Origin: an uncultured bacterium
GTDB lineage: Bacteria; UBA8481
Direction of reading: 5' to 3'
Assembly: GCA_964499705.1 (NCBI GenBank)
Contig: CAZCME010000026.1
Location: forward strand, 1-59,125
Length of the DNA stretch: 59,125 bases
Under the pieces are notes generated by a model. It was not told the DNA's origin and did not search any database. It worked only from the letters and a program-made list of their open reading frames with translations. The translations under genes were made by a program, and so were the position numbers. Positions 19,201 to 28,200 of this stretch are shown here, piece after piece (the first letter of the stretch is position 1; every line of letters begins with the position of its first letter).

Positions 19201-22200
19201 CTTATGATGAGCCGCCACCGGTACGTGTCGTTCGCCGCCAAAGTGAACGAGGCCTGTGTAACAAGTCCCACCACGGAATCCACGATGTTGGCGAGGAAAG
19301 TTCCGGCGGTATCGATCTGAATCCGGTACTGTTTGACGCCCGACAAAGTGTCCGTGGATGCGGACCAGAGGAAGCCGATCAGGACGGAGGAAGTCTCCGC
19401 ATTCTGAGCGGGCGCCAGGTGCGGAGCCGCCGTGGGTGGAACCGTATCGACGATGATCCGCCTGAACGAGGGAGTGGACACCGTGGTGTTGAGGCTGTTG
19501 TCCACCGCCAGGATGCGCCAGTACCGCGTGTCGTTGGCGGGCACGGTCGTCGTTCCGGTTGTCGTGATGCCCGTCAGGCTGTCCACGAGAAGTACGCTGA
19601 AGGTCGAATCGGACGAGATCTGGAGCCGGTACGAATACAGTCCTCCTCCCGAATCCGACGACGCGGTCCACGTGAAGATCTGAACCGGTGTCGAGGTTTC
19701 AAGAAGATCCGCCGGAGAAGAAAGCGAGAACGAGACGGGCGGCGTCGTATCGGAGAGGAGCCGGACGAACGTCTCGAACGCCGACGTCGCGGCGACCGTG
19801 TTTCCCGCGTCATCGAACGCGAAGACGCGCCAGAACCACGTGTCGTTTCCTGTCGGCGTCCAGATGTAATCCGTGTCCGGAGCATTCACCGAACCGGAGA
19901 AACTGATGATGGAGAAGATCGAGTCGCGCGCGAAATCGAATGTATATCTGTTGAGCCCCGTATGCGTGTCGCTCGACGGATTCCAGATGATCGTCACCAT
20001 CGCAAGCACGGTCTCGCCGTTGCGGGGCGAGATCGGAGCGAACGGGATCGGCGGAGTCGTATCGACATATAGCGTACGCGTTTCTGACGACGCGGTCGTG
20101 TTGCTCGCATCGTCGATCGCGATGACGCGCCAATAGTATGTGTCGGTGCCAACAAGTGCGATCGTCGTCTCGGCAGCGAGAAAAGCCGTCGAATCGATCA
20201 TGAGCGGCGCGAAGGCCGGCGACCTCGAAATCTGGATCTGATGCCGATTCAATCCCGAAAGAGCATCCACGACCGTGTCCCACGTGAACCTGATCGCCGT
20301 CACGTTGGTCTCGACGCCGTTCGACGGCAGACGCAGCGTCGGCGCGGGCGGCGGCGCCGTGTCGATCGTGAATCCGGAATCGGGCGATGCGATCGTGTTT
20401 CCCGCCCGATCGATCGAGACGATTCTCCAGCGATAGGCGACGTTCGCCGGCGGAGTGACGATCCCGCCCGCGATTCCGCCGGTCGACGAGTCCGACACAA
20501 GCGTCACGAAAGTGCCGAGCGTATCGACCTGGATCCTGTAGTCCGCGAGGCCCGAGAGTGTATCCGCCGATGCCGTCCAACTGAAAGCGATCGACGCGGC
20601 ATTCGTCTCCAGCCCGGCGGACGGGCTCACGGGATACGCCGAGGTCGGCGGAACCGTGTCGATGAAGAAGCGCGAATCGGTCGTCGTCGTCGTGTTGCCG
20701 GCATCGTCCTTCACGATGAGCCGCCACCGGTATGTGTCGTTCGCGGGCAACGAGAGCACAGTCTGCGTGACGAGCCCCAATACGGAATCGGTGACATTGA
20801 AAGCGAACGTTCCCGACGTATCGACCTGGATCCGGTATTCCTTCACGCCCGAGACCGTATCGACGGAGGCTGTCCACGCGAATGAGATGAGAACGGCGGA
20901 TGTCTCCGCATCCTGCGCGGGCGACAGGAGCGGAGCCGCGGACGGCGGAATCGTATCGACGATGATCCTGCGGAAGGAGGGCGTCGAGACGGTCGTGTTG
21001 AGATTGTTATCGACCGCCACCACGCGCCAGTACTTCGTGTCGTTGACCGGCACGGCCGTCGTACCTGTCGTGGTCACTCCGGTGATGCTGTCCAGGAGAA
21101 GCGCGCTGAAGATGGAGTCGGATGCGATCTGCAGCCGGTACGTGTTCAGGCCCGCTTCCGAATCCGACGACACGCTCCATGTGAACACGCGCAGCGCGAT
21201 CGAAGTTTCCAGGAGATCGGCCGGTGAAGAGAGCGAAAAGGCGGAGGGAGGCGTCGTGTCCGCGAGCGGCCGGACGAACGTTTCGAACGCCGAAGTAGCA
21301 GCGACCGTATTCCCCGCGTCGTCGACCGCGAAGACCCTCCAGAACCACGTGTCGTTCCCCGTCGGCGTCCAGATGAAGTCGGTATCGGGCACGGCGACGG
21401 ACCCGGAGAAATTGACGAGCGTGAAGAGCGAATCGCGGGAGAACTCGAACGTGTACTTATTGAGTCCCGAGTGCGTATCGCCCGACAGGCCCCACAGGAT
21501 TGTCGCGGTCGCGGCCACGGTCTCCCCGTTGCGGGGCGAGACCAGCGCGAACGGAATCGGCGGAGTTGTGTCGACATACAGCGCCCTGGTCTCGGACGAC
21601 GTCGTCGTGTTGCCCACGTCATCGATCGCGATGACTTTCCAGTAGTACGTGTCCGTTCCCGCTAGGATTACGACCGTCTCAGTCGCCAGAAGCGCGGATG
21701 AATCGATCAGAAGCGTCGCGAAGATCGGCGACCGAGCAACCTGGATCCGATACCGGTTTAATCCGCTGTGCAAATCCCCCGAGGCGCTCCATGAAAACCG
21801 GATCGTCGTGAAGGACGTTTCGAGATTGTTCGGCGGCCCGGAGAGATTGAACGCGGCGGGCGGCTGCGTGTCGATGAAGAGGATCCTCGTATCTGTCGAG
21901 ATCCTCACGTTGCCCAGCGTGTCCCGGGCGACCACACGCCAGAAATACGTGTCAAGCCCGGGCAACATCACGGTTGTGCCGGTCGAGACGCCGTTCGACG
22001 AATCCACGAGAAGAACCGCGAACGAGGAGACGCGAGCCACCTGGATGCGATACTGAGCAAGCGAGGTGTGGGAATCCGTCGCCACCTGCCACGCGAACGG
22101 AATCGAGAGCCCGGATGTTTCGTACGAGTTGGACGGCAATGAGAGCGCGAACGGCACGGGCGGCTCCGTATCGACGACCACGATGGAGTCTCCCGGCAGC

Positions 22201-25200
22201 GACACGGTCGTGTTGGCCGCGAAGTCGACCGCCATGACGCGCCAGTGGAAGGTATCCGACCCGAAGATCGAGAGGACCGCCGAATCCCGGGAGGCCGGAA
22301 CAATCGTGTCGATCGTCAATGGAACGAAGCTCGACGAGGGCGAGAGTTGTACGCGATAGTGCGCAAGGCCGATGCTGTCGGTTGAAGCGCTCCATGCGAA
22401 TGTCACGCTCGCCGCGGAAGTCTCCGTCCGCGCGACGGGGATCAACTGGTTGAAGATCGTCGGGGGCGTCGTGTCGTCCGGCGGGGAACTGACGAACGAA
22501 TCGTAGGTCGCTCCTCCCCCGTTCGTCGCATACCGCGTGTTCCCGACGTCGTCCCGCGCTGTGACGCGCCAAAACCACGTGTCCTGCGGCAGGAGAATCG
22601 CCAGGTCGGTGTCCGGCGCGGCGAGCGTCGTATCGATCGCCACGAATCCGAACGCGGAATCGTTCGATACCTCGACGCGATATGAGGCGAGACCCGAATG
22701 CGTGTCGCCGGACGCGTTCCACCGGATCGTCACATTCGACATCGTCGTCGCGCCGTTGACAGGCGTATCGCGCGTGAAGGGCACGGGCGGCTCCGTGTCG
22801 ACGACGAGCGTTCTCGTCTCCGACGAAACCGTCGCGTTTCCCGCCGTGTCGTATGCAACGACGCGCCAGAAGATCGTGTCGCTCGCGGAAAGGCCCGGTC
22901 CGCCGAACAGAACGGTCGTGCTCGTGGCAAGCGCCGCGGTGGAATCAAGCAGGAGCGCGCCGAAGGACGGCGAGAGGGAAAGCTGGATCCTGTAATTCTT
23001 CAGACCCGAATGCGTGTCTCCGGAAGAGGTCCACGAAAACGCGATGGAGACACCGGACGTTTCGAGCGAATTCGCGGGCGACGATAACGAGAAGGCGAAG
23101 GGCGGCATCGTATCGATCCGCACGACGCGAAACGTGTCGGCCGTCGTCCGGATGTTCCCGAGATCGTCGATCGCGCGCACGCGCCAGTAGTAGGTGTCGT
23201 TAGCCGCCAGGGCGATCGTCGACTCGGTCGCGAGTCCCGCGGGCGAGTCGGCGAGCGGCACGGTAAAGACCGAATCCCGGCTGATCTGGACTCTGTACCC
23301 GTTGAGCCCCGAATGAGAATCCGACGACGCGTTCCATCGGAACGTCACCGAGGTTGCCGAGGTATCGGCGCCGGCGGACGGCGACGACAGGCCGAATCCG
23401 ACCGGCGGCTCCGTGTCGATGACGAGAATCGAATCGCCGGGAAGAGAGATCCGCGTGTTCCCCGAAATCGCGTACGCCTGGACGCGCCAATGATATGTCT
23501 CCGTTCCCGTGACGGACACCCACGCGGACGATTCGGTCGCGGCCACGATCGAATCTACCGCCAGGGGCGTGAAGGAATCGTACCGCGAAAGCTGGACGCG
23601 GAACTGAGAGAGCACGGTCGTGTCGGCCGGCATGGTCCACTCGAAGCGAACGATGGGCGACGTCGTCTCCAGCCCGGCCACCGGAGACAGCTGATGGAAC
23701 GTGTCGATGGGAATCGAGGAGTCCGTGATCGTGATCGTCGTCGTCCCGGATTTCCCCGTCGCGGATACAACCGTGATCGTCGCGGCTCCGACCTGGGTGA
23801 TGCTGATCGTCTCGAACCGGATGCCGGCGAAAAAGTTTCCGCTGGTGTCCGGAGCGAGGGACGCCGGAGTCGTGAAAGAAACCGAATCCGTGAAGCTCCG
23901 CAGGATTCCCTTATCCGCGTGCCGCGCATCGATCCGGATCATGAAGGAATCGCCCGCGCGCGCGAACGACGGAGCGCGGACCTCGAAATCCACCAACTCA
24001 CCCTGCGTGTCGTTGGTGAAAAGGACATCGTCCACGTACATTCCGCCGGCGATGGTGTTGCCGGACTGGTTGCTCACGCGGATGAAGTTGAAGTCCTGCA
24101 GATTCGCCGTATCCAGACCCGTGAAGTGCGAAAGCGGAATCAGGACGCGCCGCCACTCGGAAGAAACAGGCCTGACAAACGAGTCGAAAACGAGATTCGT
24201 CTCCGCGCCGCCGTTCTGCCGGATGCTCGTGTAGAGGCTCCTCACATCGGTATCGTCCAATGTCGAATCGGCCCGCACCCAGAAGGCGAGCGACGCGAGC
24301 GACGTGACATTCAAGCCGCCCAACGCCTCTTCCAGGCCGCCGGAAGTGCCATTGGCCGCATTGAACGTCCAGAGCGTCGACGCGAGACCGGACTTCTGCT
24401 GGTCGGTCACAAGGGCGCGCGATGCGACGCCCCAGGCGGAGGTCGCCAGCCCGAGGTTGTTGCGCGAATCCCCTTCCATATCGTCGACGATCACGTTGCC
24501 GCTCGGAAGAACCGTGATCGGGATCGTGCAGGAGACACCGCCCGATGTCGCGGTCAGGACGATCGTTCCCGGAGTCGTAAGCGCGAAGGAATCGACCATG
24601 ATGCCCCTCGACATGGCCTTCGACGCGGGAATAACCGATCCCATGGACGGCGAAATCGAAATGAGATCCGACGTGAACGGATAGACTCCGCTCTCCGCGT
24701 GCAGCGCCCAGAGTCGAAGGCTGAAGGATTCGCCCACGACGACGCTCGGAGGAGCGCTCGCTTCGAACGCGATGTAGGTATCGGGCATGTCCGTTTCCAT
24801 GCGGATGTCGTCGAGGTATCCGGATATGAGGCCGGCGACGTCCGGAACGATCTTGAAATGCCAGTTCTCGACGATCTTCGTGTCGAGCCCTCGGAAGTCC
24901 TTCAGCGGAATGTACGCGCGGCGCCACGCGGTCGTGACCGGCACGACGTAGCTGCAGACGAGAAGAGCGGTCTCCACGCCCGTCGTCGCCTTCAATCCGA
25001 GATACAGCTTGTCCGCCTTGTTCATGCCGGAGGCGCCGCGGATCCAGAAGGAGATCGCCGTGCAGCTCGCGACGTTCATGCCCCGGTAATAGCGCGCGAA
25101 TCCCTGCCCGATCCCGCCCGTCACCCCGGCCTGCGCGTCGAACTCGAAGAGGAAGGAACGCGAATCGGAATGCGACGCGGCGCCGGAGTAGGAACCGCGG

Positions 25201-28200
25201 TAGTTGCCGTTCGGCCACGAGAAGGAATCGTCGGCGATATTGTTCGGATCGACCCCGTCGGCGAAATCATCCACGATGAGAGGCGGGCGCATCGTGATGG
25301 AGCGCGTCCCGGACGAATTCTGGAAAAGGACGCGGATGGTGTCGACACCGACCGAATGAATGGAGACCGTCTCGAAGCGGATGCCCGCGACGAAGGAATC
25401 CGTCCGCGCGGGCGCGATCCGGCCCGGCACCACCTCGAGATCGACCTGTCCCGCGAAGCTCGTCAAAGTGTCGCCCAGAAAATCGAGCGCCGTGATCTTG
25501 ATGAGAATGGAGTCTCCCGAATTGTACGGCCCGACGGAGACCGTCTCCACGCGGAACGAACCCTGGATGATCTGGAATATCCTCGTTCCTCTCCTCGTCG
25601 TCGTCGTCGAATCCGTGACCGTGACGGTCTTCGCTCCGTATGTATCGCCTGTGATCGTGATGTTGGCGGACCCCACGCCGTTCGTGACTGTCGCCGTCGC
25701 CGGCGTCAACGTGTCACCCGCGGGAATCGTGATCGAACACGTTCCCGTAAACGTCCGGATCAGGCCTGAGTCGGAATGCGTTGCCTTGATGACGATCCCT
25801 AGCGGAATTCCGAACGCCCATGTATCCGGCCCCATGATCTGAAACCCGTAGTGCGACGTGGGCGCAGAGAGAGTGAACTGGATATCGTCGAAGTAAATCG
25901 ATCCGCCGACGGCCGGGCTCGCGTTGAACTGACATTTGATGTTATCGAGCGAAGTCGTGTCGACGCCGGGAAAATCGGAGAGCGGGATGACGGCGCGGCG
26001 CCATTCCGACATCGACGGAATCACGTATGTGCAGAGCGAAACGGACGCGTTCGCTCCACCGTCATCGAGGATCACCTTCATGTCCGTCGTCGCCAGTGCG
26101 TCGGAGCCTTTCACCCAGAACGTGAGATACTTCGTAGCGGAGGCGTTCAACTGAGCGGGAAATGGCTCGGAAAATCCGCGCGGCTGCGTGCCGCCGGGCG
26201 CGAACGTCATGAGAAGAGACCTCTGCACCGAATGGCGTTCCGCGCCCGAATTCGCCATCGTGGCGACATTGATCGGATCTCCGCCGCTGGCGATCAACGT
26301 CGCGACTCCTCCCTGGTAGTTCGTGAGATCGACCGCGCTCGCGTCGAAATTGTCGACGAGGATGACGGAACCTCCCGATGGCATGAACATGATGTTGTCG
26401 AGGAAATACCGCTCATGAGCGCCCTGGAAGGTGAAGGAAATGTTATCGAGGTTCGTCATGTCGACTCCGCCGGAGATGAACGGATCGAGCGGCACGACGA
26501 ATGTCTGCCAGCCAGTCGTGACTACCGTGTCCATCAGGATCTTCACTTCCTGAGAGGTCGTCCTGTCCTTCAAGCCGACTTGGAAACTTTCGCCGCCGGC
26601 GTTGCCCTTGACATCGAACCTGAGAGAGACGACGCCGTATTGATTGATATTCGTGCCTGGAAGCACGGAAAAGATGCCGAATCCCGGATCTCCTTCCGCG
26701 CTCCGGATCTTGCCATTGCGGCCGTCGGCCTGGACGCCGTCGGTCCAGAAATGAGCTGTCGCTCCCCAGAAACCGAGATCGGTACCGCTGAATATATTGG
26801 TCGCGGCGGCATCATCCCAATCGATCTCGACGGCGCCGTAGATCGCGGTCCGCGTGTCGCACGCGCTGGATTCCAAGCCGCCGGTCGTCAACTTCGTCAT
26901 GTAATACTCGTACGTGGTTCCTTCCCTGCCCGCCAGCGCCGCGTCGTTGTCGTTATAGTAGAGCGTCGTGACGGGAGTCGACGTGATCCTTGCGAAGGCG
27001 CCGCTGTCTTTTTCGCGACGGTAGACGTGATAACCGGCGATCTGGACCGGATCCGTGTCGCTCCACTTCAATCGGATCTGAGTCCCGACGGAAGCGATCA
27101 ACGGATATGTCGGCGGTACCGGAGGAATCTCCGCGTCCGTGACGAACTTCAGATCGTCGATGTAGACCGTGCTGTTCGTCGTTCCACCCTGCGCATTGGA
27201 GAAATAGAGATTGACGTTATTGAGGTGTCCGAGATCGACGGCCGAACCGCTCGTGAAATCCGTAAGGGGAACGATCACGCGTTTCCAGCTCGTCGTGATG
27301 CCTCCCGTCAGGTAACTATCCGCCGACTTCGCCGGCTCCACGTTCGCCGTGTCCTTCACGCGCACCTGGATCTTCTCTCCGCCCGATGCCCCCTTGACCT
27401 GGAACGACAACGCCGAGTAGCTCCGAGCGTCGTAGTTCCCGTTGTCGGCCGTGGAGTAGAAACCCGCGGACTGGCCGCCGCCGGATACATTGAACGTGAC
27501 CCATCGCGATCGGATTCCCGCGTAGACTTTTCCGGTCGCCGTGTCCGTCTCGTAATTGCTCGACGCGGTTCCACCGCCGCCCGTGAACGTCCCCATCGCC
27601 TCCCCCATCCTGTTCACGCCTGACGCGACTTCGAAGTCGTCGATGAGGCCGGGAACGGCGAGCTCCGTGGAGAAAACATCGAAGCCCCAGAGCGAATACG
27701 CGTACACCGTGCCGCGCTCTCGGCCCTTCATCCTGACGTAGCGGCCCGTCCTCGAGGGCGAGAGCGGAATCCGGTCGACGCCGCCATTGCCGCCGTTGTC
27801 GGTGTACACCGTCGCATAGTTGGCGTCGTTCGAGGGATCCGCGCCGTTCGCCGCCACCTGGATGTCGTATTGCTTCGCATAGGCAGGCTCCCACCACAAG
27901 ACGACCGAACTGATCGTCTGGTCGGCGCCGAGGTCGATGTAGATCCACTCGTTGTCGGTGAACTCCGATTCCCAGCGCGTGGTCTTGTCGTCATCCGTGG
28001 CCTTGTTCGCGGTGTTGTTCGTCGCGGCCCGGACGCTCGACGCGGTCGCGGTCTTATTGAGGGACGATGGCGTCGGGGGCGCGCTCGTCCAGCCCGACAT
28101 TCCGAAGCGGTTCATGGCGCGCTGCATGTTGTCGTTGGCCATCATGAGGTTCCAGACAAGGCCAGACCTCTGGTTTTCGATCGCGACGATCTGCGGCCCC

